From positions 274,846,001-274,910,000 of the forward strand of contig NW_027362763.1 in the NCBI RefSeq assembly GCF_046119375.1: DNA of 64,000 nucleotides, read 5' to 3'. Below are positions 15,001 to 28,994 of this stretch, one piece after another; position 1 is the first letter of the stretch, and every line of letters begins with the position of its first letter. The notes under the pieces are model-generated. The model searched no databases and was not told where the DNA came from. It saw only the letters and a program-made list of their open reading frames with translations. The stretch is from Phyllobates terribilis. Its lineage: Eukaryota. Made by a program: the position numbers and the translations under genes.

Positions 15001-17940
15001 ATTTTTTCAGAGCTAGATGCAGATAAAAATTATTTTTAATTTGCAACATAATGGAGGTCAGTATAGATGGACTAATAGACCAAGTCCCACACACTGCTAG
15101 AAGCCCAAATATTTTTTCAGAGCTAGATGCAGAAAAAAATTATATTCAATTTGCAACCTGATGGAGGTCAGTATAGATGGAATAATAGACCAAGTCCCAC
15201 ACACTGCTAGAAGCCCAAATATTTTTTCAGAGCTAGATGCAGAAAAAAATTATATTCAATTTGCAACCTGATGGAGGTCAGTATAGATGGACTAATAGAC
15301 CAAGTCCCACACACTGCTAGGAGCCCAAATATTTTTTCAGAGCTAGATGGAGATAAAAATTATTTTTAATTTGAAACATGATTGAGGTCAGTATAGATGG
15401 ACTTATAGACCAAGTCCCACACACTGCTAGAAGCCCAAATATTTTTTTCAGAGCTAGATGCAGAAAAAAATTATATTGAATTTGCAACCTGATGGAGGTC
15501 AGTATAGATGGACTAATAGACCAAGTCCCACAAACTGCTAGAAGCCCAAATATTTTTTTCAGAGCTAGATGCAGAAAAAATTATATTCAATTTGAACCTG
15601 ATGGAGGTCAGTATAGATGGACCAATAGACCAAGTCCCACACACTTCTAGAAGCCCAAATATTTTTTCAGAGCTAGATGCAGAAAAAAATTATATTCAAT
15701 TTGCAACCTGATGGAGGTCAGTATAGATGGACTAATAGACCAAGTCCCACACACTGCTAGAAGCCCAAATATTTTTTTAGAGCTAGATGCAAAAAAAAAT
15801 TATATTCAATTTGCAACCTGATGGAGGTCAGTATAGATGGACTATTAGAACAAGTCCCACACACTGCTAGAAGCCCAAATATTTTTTCAGAGCTAGATGC
15901 AGAAAAAAATTATATTCAATTTGCAACCTGATGGAGGTCAGTACAGATGGACTAATAGAACAAGTCACACACACTGCTTGCAGCCCAAATATTTTTTTAG
16001 AGCTAGATGCAGAAAAAAATTATATTCAATTTGCAACCTGATGGAGGTCAGTATAGATGGACTAATAGACCAAGTCCCACAAACTGCTAGGAGCCCAAAT
16101 ATTTTTTCAGAGCTAGATGCAGATAAAAAATATTTTTTATTTGCAACCTGATGGAGGTCAGTATAGATGGACTAACAGACCAAGTCCCACACACTGCTAG
16201 AAGCTCAAATATTTTTTCAGAGATAGATGCAGAAAAAAATTATATTCAATTTGCAACCTGATGGAGGTCAGTATAGATGGACTATTAGAACAAGTCCCAC
16301 ACACTGCTAGAAGCCCAAATATTTTTTCAGAGCTAGATGCATATAAAAATTATATTCAATTTGCAACCTGATGGAGGTCAGTATAGATGGACTAATAGGA
16401 CAAGTCCAACACACTGCTAGAAGCCCAAATATTTTTTCAGAGCTAGATGCAGAAAAAAATTATATTCAGTTTGCAACCTGATGGAGGTCAGTATAGATGG
16501 ACTAATAGGACAAGTCCAACACACTGCTAGAAGCCCAAATATTTTTTCAGAGCTAGATGCAGAAAAAAATTATATTCAGTTTGCAACCTGATGGAGGTCA
16601 GTATAGATGGACTAATAGACCAAGTCCCACACACTGCTAGAAGCCCAAATATTTTTTCAGAGCTAGATGCAGAAAAAAATTATATTCAATTTGCAACCTG
16701 ATGGAGGTCAGTATAGATGGACTATTAGAACAAGTCACACACACTGCTTGAAGCCCAAATATTTTTTCAGAGCTAGATGCAGAAAAAAATTATATTCAAT
16801 TTGCAACCTGATGGAGGTCAGTATAGATGGACTAATAGAACAAGTCACACACACTGCTGGAAGCCCAAATATTTTTTCAGAGCTAGATGCAAAAAAAAAT
16901 TATATTCAATTTGCAACCTGATGGAGGTCAGTATAGATGGACTAATAGACCAAGTCCCACACACTGTTAGGAGCCCAAATATTTTTTCAGAGCTAGATGC
17001 AGATAAAAATTATTTTTAATTTGCAACATAATGGAGGTCAGTATAGATGGACTAATAGACCAAGTCCCACACACTGCTAGAAGCCCAAATATTTTTTCAG
17101 AGCTAGATGCAGAAAAAAATTATATTCAATTTGCAACCTGATGGAGGTCAGTATAGATGGACTATTAGAACAAGTCCCACACACTGCTTGAAGCCCAAAT
17201 ATTTTTTCAGAGCTAGATGCAGAAAAAAACTATATTCAATTTGCAACCTGATGGAGGTCAGTATAGATGGACTAATAGAACAAGTCACACACACTGCTGG
17301 AAGCCCAAATATTTTTTCAGAGCTAGATGCAAAAAAAAATTATATTCAATTTGCAACCTGATGGAGGTCAGTATAGATGGACTAATAGACCAAGTCCCAC
17401 ACACTGTTAGGAGCCCAAATATTTTTTCAGAGCTAGATGCAGATAAAAATTATTTTTAATTTGCAACATAATGGAGGTCAGTATAGATGGACTAATAGAC
17501 CAAGTCCCACACATTGCTAGAAGCCCAAATATTTTTTCAGAGCTAGATGCAGAAAAAAATTATATTGAATTTGCAACCTGATGGAGGTCAGTATAGATGG
17601 ACTAATAGACCCAGTCCCACACACTGCTAGAAGCCCAAATATTTTTTCAGAGCTAGATGCAGATAAAAATTATTTTTAATTTGCAACATAATGGAGGTCA
17701 GTATAGATGGACTAATATACCAAGTCCCACACACTGCTAGAAGCCCAAATATTTTTTCAGAGCTAGATGCAGAAAAAAATTATATTCAATTTGCAACCTG
17801 ATGGAGGTCAGTATAGATGGACTAATAGAACAAGTCCCACACACTGCTAGAAGCCCAAATATTTTTTCAGAGCTAGATGCAGAAAAAAATTATATTCAAT
17901 TTGCAACCTGATGGAGGTCAGTATAGATGGATTAATAGAA
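3025..17940. repeat. 110-bp tandem satellite array (~135 units) with higher-order repeats
   Basis: Unit GAGCTAGATGCAGAAAAAAATTATATTCAATTTGCAACCTGATGGAGGTCAGTATAGATGGACTAATAGACCAAGTCCCACACACTGCTAGAAGCCCAAATATTTTTTCA. Period 110 (e.g. starts 3241, 3351, 3461). Variant patterns recur at 440 bp and at multi-kb spacings. Confidence 0.98.
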
Positions 17941-18852
17941 TGCTATGTCCAAAATGTTTTACTTCACTGGGTGCAGTAAAAAAATTGGTATTCTATACAC
18001 AGGTGGTGTAGCTTTCAACACAGATAGGCTACTCCACTGACTAACACACTCTGCAATAGGCCAAAAAGGATTAGTTTTGCTAGATTTAGCCAAATGCTGT
18101 GAAAAAAACTTGCACAGCACTGGCACAGACCTGCCTGGCAAAAACTGATAGGAACTGATGTAACTTAGTCCTGAAAAGGACAGCAATTACAATTAGTCTT
18201 TACTCCCAACCTATCTATTTAAGAGCACAGACCTGCCTGATAAAAGTCGTAGGAAATGCTGTAACCTAGTCCTTAAAAGGACTGCAATCACAACTATTCC
18301 CTACTCCCAAGCTATCTGTAGATTTGTGCGAAAATTGGCTTGAAATTAACACGGTATAGCGCACACAGTAACAGCGGTACCGTCTAACATGCAGCTGCAG
18401 CAGTGAGAAAATGGTGGCGACGGGGAAAATGGCTGGGTCTTATAGGGCAAGGACATGAGACATACACTGCCAATGAGACATGCCCTTGCTTGTGTGAAAA
18501 AAAACACTTCGCTCCGTGTGTGCGCTGCTGACAGGCTGACAGATTGCACCTCCCCACTGTAAATGCGGGAAAGAGAAAAAAAATTGGAGATCTTCATTAA
18601 TCCTGCAGAGATCCATCCCCTGCCCCTCCCCCCGCCCCGCTGTACACTCAAACTGCGTATTAACATTAATTTTCATCATTACTGAGAAAAAATCCAGCTA
18701 TGATTTTGGTGCACGAACAGTTATTGAACATAACCTCGAACAGCCGAATTTTTTTTCAAATCGTTCGTGTTCGCCGAACGGCTCGAACACCGCTCAAAAC
18801 AGCTTGAATTTGAGATTGGCGAACAGTTTGAGTCGAACAACGCTCATCTCTA
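17941..18852. other. 5' subterminal region and TIR of hAT copy A
   Basis: Contains a ~102-bp duplicated block (about 18122 and 18224, GCACAGACCTGCCTG...), a GC-box-like CCCCGCCCCGC near 18630, clustered CGAAC/GTTCG motifs at 18715-18840 and the TIR at 18842-18852. Confidence 0.75.
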
Positions 18853-19361
18853 TCCAGGACTCACCATATCCACAGAATTTTCATCATGGATTGTTTCATC
18901 AAATGTTCACACATGTTGAACTTGTAAAACACATTATGAGAGCTGCCTATTTATTTATTCTCCACATGTTGTATTCATATATTATACTATTCATTAATTC
19001 TGTGTTTTATGCTAAGAACTATTGACAACCAAGTATGTAGATCTTGGCCTATAAACTGTCATCTCTGGTGTTTGACATTTTTATATTGCCTTTTTGACAG
19101 TTGTCTTTTTTATGAATTGATCTTTTTCTAATTGTGCATTGTTAGCAAGTTACAACGTCTAGTAGCTTCCTTTCTTGTAGTTATGCTTTATGTGGGGCAT
19201 TGCCTTTAATCAGTTGCCATTGACATACAAATATCTCAAATATTTTTCTATATGTTTTATATTAGTGAATATTCCACTAGCACAGGGTGCGCAGATCTGT
19301 ATAGTTAGTTAGTTAGTTATAGCTAGCAGTCTGATTAGTATTGCTTTCTTTATATTATATA

Positions 19362-20903
19362 CACTGCTCAAAAAAATAAAGAGAACACTTAAACAACAGA
19401 ATATAACCCCAAGTAAATCAAACTGTCTACTTAGGAAGCAACACTGATTGACAATCAATTTCACATGCTGTTGTACAAATGGAATAGGCAATAGATGGAA
19501 ATTATTGTAAATTATCAAGGCACTCTCAATAAAGGAGTGGTTCTGCAGGTGGGGACCACAGACCACATCTCAGTACCAATGCTTTCTGGCTGATGTTTTG
19601 GTCACTTTTGAATGTTGGTTGTGCTTTCACACTCGTGGCAGAATGAGACGGACTCTACAACCCACAGAAGTTGCTCAGGAACTGCATCTCATCCAGGATG
19701 GCACATCAATGTGAGCTGTGGCAAGAAGGTTTGCTGTGTCTGTCAGCGTAGTGTCCAGAGGCTGGAGGAACTACCAGGAGACAGGCCAGTACACCAGGAG
19801 ACGTGGAGGGGGCCATAGGAGGGTAACAATCCAGCAGCAGGACCGCTAACTCCACCTTTGTGCAAGGAGAAACAAGAGGACTGCCAGTGACCTGCAAAAT
19901 GACCTCCAGCAGGCAACAAATATGCATGTGTCTGTACAAACGGTGGTATGAGGGCCCGACTTTCACAGATGGGGGTTGTGCTCACAGCCCAACACTGTGC
20001 AGGATGCTTGGCATTTGCCACAGAACACCAGAATTGGCAAAGTCGCCACTGGCTCCCTGTGCTCTTCACAGATAAAAGCAGGTTCACACTGAGCACATGT
20101 GATAGACGTGACAGAGTCTGGAGATGCCGTGCAAAGCAATATGCAGCCTGCAACATCCTTCAGCATGACAGGTTTGGCAGTGAGTCAGTAATGGTGTGGG
20201 GTGGCTTTTCTTTGGAGGGCCACACAGCCCTCCATGTGCTCGCCAGAGTTAGCCTGACTGCCATTAGGTACTGACATGAGATCCTCAGACCCCTTTTGAG
20301 ACCATATGCTGGTGCGGTTGGCCCTGGGTTCCTCCTAATGTAGGACAATGCCAGACCTCATGGGGCTGTAGTGTGTCAGTAGTTCCTGTAAGATGAAGGC
20401 ATTGAAGCTATGGACTGGCCCGCCCGTTCCCCAGACCTGAATCCGATTGAGCACATCTGGGACATCATGTCTCGCTCCATTCAACACCAATGTCACATTG
20501 CACCATAGACTGTCCAGGTGTTGGCGGATGCTTTAATCCAGATCTAGGAGGAGATCCCACAGGAGACCATCCGCAACCTCATCAGGAGCATGCCCAGGCA
20601 TTGTAGAGAGGTCATACAGGCACATGGAGGCCACACACAATACTGAGCCTCATTTTGACTTGTTTTAAGGACATTACATCAAAGTTGGATCAGCCATTAG
20701 TGTGTTTTTCCCCTTTAATTTTGGGGGTGTCTCCAAATCCTGGCCTCCATTGGTTAATAAATTTTATTTCCATTGATGATTTTTGTGTGATTTTGTTGTC
20801 AGCACATTCAACTTAGTACAGAACAAAGTATTCAATGACAATATTTCATTCATTCAGATCTAGGTTGTGTTATTTGAGTGTTCCCTTTGGTTTCTGAGCA
20901 GTG
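19362..20903 (+). mobile_element. Tc1/mariner DNA transposon, full length, decayed
   Basis: Ends TA|CACTGCTCAAAAAAATAAA and TTTCTGAGCAGTG|TA form TIRs with a TA TSD and enclose a Tc1 transposase relic. Confidence 0.92.
19643..20646 (+). pseudogene. Tc1 DD34E transposase pseudogene
   Basis: Starts [26 protein letters not shown] (HTH). Motifs VLFTDKSRF, VMVWGG, DNARPH and WPARSPDLNPIEHIWD are present, with multiple stops and frameshifts. Confidence 0.9.
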
Positions 20904-21767
20904 TATTTAGGTGGGATGGTGTAGTTACTGTTCAAATTGTAATAATATAAATAATAATAATACATTTATTTTTATTATTATTACTATTATAAATACTAAA
21001 TTGCACACTACTCTCAAATTCAGTGTTGGCCACAACATTCTCCACTGATCTTTCATCCCAGTCGTGTACCCTATTAACCTTACTATAAAATAAAAATGCT
21101 AAAAAAAATTTGCAAGTAAAATTGTTATTTTCTTATATAAAGATCTACTCTTGACATTTAAATATAATTAAAAAAGGACTGAATGGATTTTAGAATTTAG
21201 TGTTCTGCTGAAAGTGAATTAGCATTTTGTTCTATCCTGTTTCAAAAATAAATTTGGCAATGTGAGCCTATTACTTTAATATGGTTATATTTAATTTGAC
21301 AGATGTATTGCCTTTTAGCATTGTACACACTAGGAAAGTTAAGTCAAGGATAAAAAAAATCCGAAACAAAACTTAGGTAAACATGAAAAATACAGAATTT
21401 CTAAAGCAAATAAATATACAGCTACTGGAATAAAAAATGAGCAACTTGCATCATATATTCTAAGAATTCTGTAGTTTCTCCAATGCCTTTATCTCTTTCA
21501 TATGTGTTGGAGCATTTATGTTTATCAGTGTTGAAGAGAGGAAATGCACAGAAATAATAGGATGCAATAGAAAATAATGGTTTTGCAGCCTTATCTGTAA
21601 ACATTTTTATTCTATTCCTAAGTTAAACTTCAACATATATCTTATCTGATTTAAAAGATTTCACATTTAGTAAGAAATGAAGTAAATCATGAGGAAAGTA
21701 ATGGTTGTCTTGGTTATAAAAACCTAATACTGTACCCCAGGATGACTCTTTAATAATATGTGACCAT

Positions 21768-22311
21768 TAGAGATGAGCGGATCAGGCAAAACTTGAATTT
21801 GCCCTTCGCACAGTTTTTCCAGGGTAATTTGATTTGTGGAGAAGTTATTCTCGGCAAATTCAATTTCCCATAATATGCTATGTGGTCTCTCTAGACCCAA
21901 AGCATGTAAACTGTAAGATGTAAAAAATAAAAAAATCTTTGTACTCACTTTTACTGCTCACTTCTCTAGCCCCTTTGCACTTCACCATCACCATTATTAT
22001 CTTCAGCATATGATCAGTTCACCGCCACTCATGCTGAATTCCCCAAGCTGGGACTTCCAGCTTTGATGTGGTCCAAGATGTCATGATGCTGTTATGTTGC
22101 AAAAACCAGACAGGTGATATAATGTAGCAGTAAAAGTGTGTATAAGGATTTTATTTTATTAACATTTGAATGTCCTATCTGGTTTAGAAAAATGGTGGCC
22201 ATCGAGAGCCACTGAGTTTTATCTACGTGAAAGCAAATTACTGAAAAAATGCATATTTTTGTAAAATTCAAATAGAAATCAATTCCACTTTAATGTATTC
22301 ACTCATCTATA
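21768..22311. mobile_element. Non-autonomous hAT MITE
   Basis: TIRs TAGAGATGAGCG and CACTCATCTATA; flanks GTGACCAT and GTGACCAC match 7/8 as an 8-bp TSD. Confidence 0.8.
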
Positions 22312-22879
22312 GTGACCACATAAAATTAACCACATAAGCAGGTAAAGAGAAAGTAAATTGGAACTGTCAGGAATATGTCTTAAAATGTACTAAAAAATTA
22401 ATATCCAGTGTCACACTGCATTAGCCACTCTACTTAGCACATCCTTATTTTCACTTTTTCACCCATATATGTTTTTTTTAGCTGGGGTCTTTAAGTTCTA
22501 TACAAGGAGCTGCTGGCCAATTGAGGGTGGTGAGGAAATACATAGACGATTAGAATCAGACAAACTAGGGAAAAATTAGAACAATATGTATATATTATGT
22601 TTGCCTTAGTTGTTGCATTTCTTGTTTCTTGTAAGATTTAGGTTGTGTTTGATAAGTATTGGGATGAACATGATCATTTTAGTTTCTGCAGCTTTTTATT
22701 ATTGTTTTATGTAATATTTTTCCACATTCATAAATTATTAAAATACTATTTTATTAAAATTAAAATACCCATAACACACTACTTTATTATTTAAAAATTT
22801 ATAATAAAAGAAATAAAAATAAAGAAAAAATATATGCTCTAACTAAGAGACAAGAAGGCAGCACAAAGATTCAAGCAAT

Positions 22880-24322
22880 GATAAGAAAGCTAAGTACACC
22901 CTCTTTGAATTCTATAGTTTCACATATCAAGACATAATAAAAAAATCTGGTCCCTAGAATATCTTAAATAAAGTAAATACAATCTCAGATGAATAAAACA
23001 CATGTGAAATTACATTATATAAAAAAATAAGTATACCCTTACTGGTTCCATACAAATTAGAGGGTATATAGCAGCCACATGCTGCTTATCAAATGTCATT
23101 TACTAATTGTTTATCAGCAAGTGTGACCACCTCTATAAAAGCAGATGTTTTGGTATTTTGATAGAATGGAGCATTCAAACATGTTTTAACACATTGCTAA
23201 TGAGTAAAGACATCAGTAAAGATCATAGAGCAGCAATCGGAACAATCGAGAAAGTGTATAACGCTAATTCAAATGAATATGGAGTCCACCATTCTACAGC
23301 AAGAATAATTATTCACAAATGGAAACATTCAACACAGTTGACAATTTTCCCAGGAGTGTATGTTCCAATAAATTCACCCGAAAATTATCCTGTGAAAAGT
23401 GATATTGAAAAAAGCTAAGAGCTACAGCTTAGACTTTAAAGGCTAATTAGTATGTGAAATGTTAAAGTTCATGACAGTACAATTAGAAAAAAATTCTAAT
23501 CAATTATGGCCTGTTTAGAAGCTGTTGCCAGGACAAAGTATCCTCTTTCTAAAAAGAACATGGGAGCATAGCTAAAGTCTACAAATCTGCTTCCGAACGA
23601 ACCACAAGATATCTGGAACAATGTCCTTGGGGAATTTGACAAAGTGGGCATGTCAGCACATACACCATATAAAAAACTGTCAGGCAAAGTGCTGGAGGTG
23701 TGATGATTTGGGTTTGTTTTGCAGGAATAGGACCTGGGCACCTTGCAGTCATTGAGTTGACTATCAACTTCTCTGTATACTCAAGTTTTCTAAAGTTAAA
23801 TATCCACAAGCTAAAGCTTGTATAAAATTGGGTAAAAAGACAAGGATCCCAAGCACACCTGCAAATCTACATCAGAATGACTTAAAAAGAAAAGAATCAA
23901 AGTGTTGCAATGGCCCAGTTAAAGTCCAGACCTCAACCAAATTGAAATGCTGTGGCAGGACCTTAAGTGAGCTTTACATAGATAAATGCCCAAAAACCTC
24001 AGTGATCTTTAACAACGTTATAAAGGAGAGTGGGTCAACATTACTCTACAATGATGCGAGAGACTGATATGGTCTTAGAGAAAACTATTGCTTCAAGTTA
24101 TTGCTGCTCAAGATGAATCTACAAACTACTTGCTTTTTTCACACACTGCTTCTGAATTTTGGCCTAGTTTTTGTTAAATATTGACATGATGAAATCTGTC
24201 ATGTGATATTGTTAATCTGAGGCAATAATTACCTAATTTTAAGACCATCTAAAATCTGATGTTTTTTTATTATGTCCACTCTTCTTCCACTTAGAGAATT
24301 TGAAGAGCATACATTTTTTCAC
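22880..24322 (+). mobile_element. Old Tc1-like element with degenerate transposase
   Basis: Transposase remnants MSKDISKD..YGVHHSTARIIIHKWK, GGVMIWVCFAG, DKDPKH and WPS*SPDLNQIEMLWQDLK. The left end AGTACACCCTCTTTGAATTC loosely matches the right end GAATTTGAAGAGCATAC in reverse complement. Confidence 0.75.
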
Positions 24323-25424
24323 GTTATTTTTTTTAATTTTGTACTATAGTTTTTATGTGCAGATGATATAGCACAGAAGCATGCATGAATTACCAAATCT
24401 GGTTTCAATAAATAAGTAAGCAATGTAAAGTTTTGACATTGGAGGCTGAACAATATGGAATAAACTTTCAGTTGAGAACAAATGGAGAAAAAAACATTGG
24501 GGTCTCTCACCAACTGAATAAAGCATGCTTTATTGAATACAACCCACATAAAAGCAAGGATCTACTGTACATAGAGGATTCAGCAGAATGCATTTCATTT
24601 CATAACTCTCCAAAGTTTATAATTTTAGTTGTTTAATTGTATAATCAATCAGTTTAGCCTTTAGTCACTTACAGCCCTAACTTAGTATTTATGTCCATAG
24701 CCAAGTCAGAGCAGATTGCAACAACCTTCTGCTTTTCCAGGACCCAGAAATAAGACCATATCTCTGATACCCCCTGCCTGCACTCCCCTTTAATTAGTGT
24801 AAGTATTTGGTGCACACCAGATAAAGGGGCTTAAAATATAATACAGTTGCCTGTTTGCTTCTTAAATTATTAGCTGACTGTAGCAAGTCTAGCTTTTCTG
24901 TAACCCTCAGTGGAATCTAATGTGGCAGCCTTGTTAGAAGGACTTTTCTGAATTTTACCAGATTTAGCAAAGAGTGAGAAATGTCCTAAATAAAAGAAAT
25001 AGCCTTAACTTAACATGTTGAGTCACCATCTCTTCAGATGTCATGATCAGTCCTGCAGCAATAATCCATGTGACAGCTGCAACCAATTCTTAGCTTCAGA
25101 TGTGACATTTGTGTATACAGAATGTGAGTGATGGCACTACTGATTGGCCACAGTGATTATGTGAGGGATTGATTTGGTGTTACCAGTGCAGGACCAGAGG
25201 GGACCGCTGGCACCATTTCCCGCACTGCTTAAGCATCAGAGAGCAGGTAAACATCATTTTATTTTGCCGCACATGCTTCCCCATAATTCCCTGCAGCTAT
25301 CACATCTTATAGATTTTTATACTTTTAACACTGGTGGTCAGTTACAGGGCATTCAGAGATCGATAATTCCCAGTGGGGCACAGTTGCTTTTTTATCTCCA
25401 GAGTCACTAAGTTTATCTTTTCAG

Positions 25425-25592
25425 AAGAGTATAAGCTCTTATGGGCAACAGAGTCCTCTCTCCCATAGAGTCGAAGCTCTTATGATCAGTGGGGCTCTTT
25501 CTCCTGTAGAGTGGAAGCTCTTAGGGCCAGCAGGGTCCTATCTCTCTCACCAATAAAGTGTAAGCTCTTATGGTCGGCGAGGTTCTCTCTCC
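25425..25592. repeat. Degenerate ~41-bp minisatellite (4 units)
   Basis: The AAGCTCTTA core recurs at about 25432, 25475, 25515 and 25562 within units like AGAGTATAAGCTCTTATGG..TCCTCTCTCC. Confidence 0.6.
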
Positions 25593-27733
25593 TCTCTTCC
25601 TTGTTTTGTATTTTATCAGAAATTACAAGCTTTCCAGTGTTCAAATCCATGCAAAATTATTTGCTGCATATCAAATTTTTTGAGAAAATTTGGTGAAGTT
25701 GGTGAATTAGAATTTCAAAAGAACTGCTATTCTCTAACATGCCATCAATTAAAACTTACAGAACATAACTTTATGACGTGTATATGCCATAATAAGACAA
25801 AGGATATGGGTTTTTCATTGCAAGTAAACCTCTTTTACTTTCTCATATATAAGCACACTCATCTATTGGGTCATGAGTTAGAAATGGGCTTTATTAATCA
25901 GTATGAAGAGTATAAGCTAATTTTTAACTGGCAGGGAACATTCCATAAATGATTATCTGTTACATCAGTGAAAAAAATATTTAAGGCTCAATAAGTTTTA
26001 TTCGATTCAAAAGTCATCACTTTATATGTTTGAACATTAATTCTGTAAAAACAAGTATCTCTGATGAGATGTGATTTTCCAGTATCTGTAATACATCAGA
26101 ATGCACGGGACAGAACAACTGTAATTTCCAATTTATTTACAGACAAAATGTGGTACTGTTGGTCACCATGCAATTTACTATTTAATTTTCTTCAAATGGC
26201 TTTCACAGTGACCTTTGGATGGATGGTATAAGCTTTTTTATACTTCATAGCTTTTTCTTTCCTCTGTTGTTTAAAATTTGTTATATAGTTTAAAGATATA
26301 TATTGTATAATCCATGGTAAACTGCTCTATTGCTGACAGATATACATGAATACCATTTCTTCTAAGGCAAACTTTGTTCACCATTTAAAGAATAAGTTAA
26401 GTTGTTAAAAAAAATTCACTTAAAATAGCCTTATTGAATCTTTAGCATCTCAGCAGATTGATGCTACTGAATAAAGGAAATAAAACAGAACTACTATGTG
26501 TTCTTAAGAGACATGGCTGGGCACCAGTGGTAATTTGTGGGTTTCCTATAATCCCTTAGAGATGCAGCCATAATTTTTTTAAATTATTTATTAAAATAGA
26601 TGTATGAGGACATGATTTTACTGATGAGATGAGTTGATGCTTTAAATGACAGACTTCACTTTAACATGTAATATGCTAAAAAGTTCTGTTTTATTACATT
26701 TACTTCATTGTACAAGATGACATGCTGTTTTTTATGCATGTCAGTATGAATATGGAAATGTCAAATTAATGAAATTTAAAAATTGGCTTGTGACATCATA
26801 TTCTACAGCAAAAGCAATTTTATTTAAATCAAACATCGAGAGGAAGTCAGAGAGCAGCCTTAGCCCTGACTTCCTGTTGATGTTCAATACATCCGAAGGC
26901 GGAAACAGTGAAGCCAGCGATGGTTGAGTGCAGGGCTTCTGTGACGTCAAAACCCCACATGAGCCCCGGAAATGCTGGAACGCGCCGGCACTGGAAGTGA
27001 GCAAACAAGTACGAAAATGTCACCTAGGTGGCAAACATGATTTTAAATAAGAATCAGGTAAATATATTTATAATTTTTAATGCTTTTAAGATTTGTTTAA
27101 AACATGCTTATCACTTTGAGTGACTTTTCATAATTAAACATTTTATGTGTACGTCAGGGATAACACTATTTCTGGCAAGTAAATCACTTATATCCTGGAT
27201 TTTTCATCACTTTTCCTATTTGTACTCTCTTTGTCTAACTTTCAGCTGCAGACTAGCTGCATTGATGTCTCCCATAGACATGAGAAAACCCGTGAATGTT
27301 CGGGTTCATCAAACATACAGTAAAAAGTTTGTTACGGGTTTGAAATTGACCTTGAACTTGACCACAGTTCTGAACCCAATAGAAGTCAATGGGGAATTGA
27401 ACTTCAATGTTTTAAAATGGCTGTAAAATGGTTATAGTCAGGGCTAGAGGGCTGCAAATGAAAGCTAAATGGGGGTAAGAGCAGGACAATTGGCCTGCAA
27501 ACAAATGTGGATAGGAAAATGACTTTGACGAGTTCTTTCACCATAGCAATCATGGTAAAATAGGAAGTAAATGAATGACATAAAAATTTTAACAGTGCCC
27601 TCACAGAGACTGAGGCTTGCTACTTCCAGTGCAGTTAAACATTTCACCCAGAAAACATGGGGCACAATGGCCATACATTAGAAGCTTACAAATTTCACCC
27701 ACATAGCATGTCACAAAGTACCCCTACATTAAT

Positions 27734-28994
27734 AGTGACGCGCCCCCTGGGGCCGTGGAGTACTCGGCACTGGGCCGGTCGGTTCTTTTAGGATAGTCAT
27801 GGTGGCGTGACCCATTCTGTGGCCCCGGGCGGTCAATAACAGAGGGGAATAAAGTTTTGGGGATTTATTTTGTGACACAACACATGGTATGTGGCTATAG
27901 GTGGCCGCCGCTGCTGTTCAGATCCACTGGGGATTTGGTGACGCAGCAGAGATGGTTCAGCTCTAAATGGGTATAGCTAGGCCCCAGGGCAGTTAAATAG
28001 GTAGCTTTGTTGTTGGTGTAGTTTAAGGCAGGTGACGCAGCAATTAAGTCAAGGACACAGCGGGGTGCAGTCTTCAAGTTTTTACTCACAGTTCTTATGA
28101 TGTTCCAGGTTACAACCACCAGCAGGTTATAACAGCCCACCGAGTCCTGTGTCCTCTGGGGAAGTGATCCAGCCAACTCTCAGATAACTTGGGTTCATTT
28201 GATCGGGACCCCATTCTTGTTTACCTTTCCCGGGTCGTCTCTCTGTGCTGGCTCTCGCCCTCCTGCCCTGCGCCTCACACACTGTGTCCAGAGCCAGTGA
28301 CCGTGGGCCTTGTGGGGCGACATCCTCTGTGTCCCCTTGGTCTTATATGGCCACCTTTTCAGTGAATGTGTGTAGTTTTGGCTACGGCACTTAGAGATTC
28401 TGCAGCCTCCGGTTTGCTAGCTGAGTCTTGCAGTCCTCCACTATTCTGGGGCCGGTCCCCTACTTTGACCTGATCCCTTCTCCTGACGATAATCGGTGTG
28501 AATTTGGGCGCACGGGTGGACTCCGCATTTCCCGTGCCCCTAGGATCCCTTCTCTGTCTCCCTCGCTCCTCTCGTTCTCTCTCCTACTGGGCCCCTCTGA
28601 CTGGGCCCTCTCTCTGTCTGCACCCTACTCTTCAATGGTTCTCACTTACTGGGTGCTTCTAGATGTTTCTCCCTGTCTTTTTATACTGCCTGTCATGTGA
28701 CCCACGTCACTAACTGTCACTCTACGTGGTCCCCTCTACCTTCAGTCCTTCCTTGAGTGCTCCCCTAAACTACTTCCTCCACCCATCGCCTCTACCTAGT
28801 TCCCTCCTCCAGACAGGGACAGGGACTGTGCTCTCCCTCAGGAGCAATCTCGCCCTTCCTTACTGGAGTGATGTGGTGTTGGATGTGGGTGTGTGGGTCC
28901 CGGGTAGTGCTCCCTCCTTACCCGAGAGTGGGGTACCACACCTCTGACAGAGATACAGTACCTCTGTGGAGACTGGACCCGCAGGGGTGCCTCA
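27734..28994 (-). mobile_element. Solo LTR (Gypsy-like), same family as 56680-57890
   Basis: Ends AGTGACGCGCCCCCTGG and GGGGTGCCTCA are homologous in reverse complement to the ends of 56680-57890. A TATA-like TATAAAAAG lies on the minus strand near 28680. It splits one host repeat unit (CTACATTA|ACAGCTTAC); the TSD is degenerate. Confidence 0.75.

Larger units (their letters stand above)
1..18852 (-). mobile_element. Large hAT DNA transposon, copy A (left part outside window)
   Basis: Contains a hAT transposase gene, an internal 110-bp array and GTTCG/CGAAC subterminal motifs. Ends in GCTCATCTCTA (18842-18852; rc TAGAGATGAGC), followed by TCCAGGAC (candidate 8-bp TSD; partner not in window). 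Confidence 0.85.

Noticed and set aside
3021-17459. Dozens of 60-117 aa ORFs (MQKKIIFNLQPDGG...) and a CRISPR-like regular repeat
   Set aside because: They are translations of the 110-bp monomer. The units are contiguous near-identical repeats with no unique spacers and no cas genes.
21422-21604. 60-aa ORF in unique AT-rich DNA
   Set aside because: The length is expected by chance, the splice signals are weak and there is no recognisable motif.
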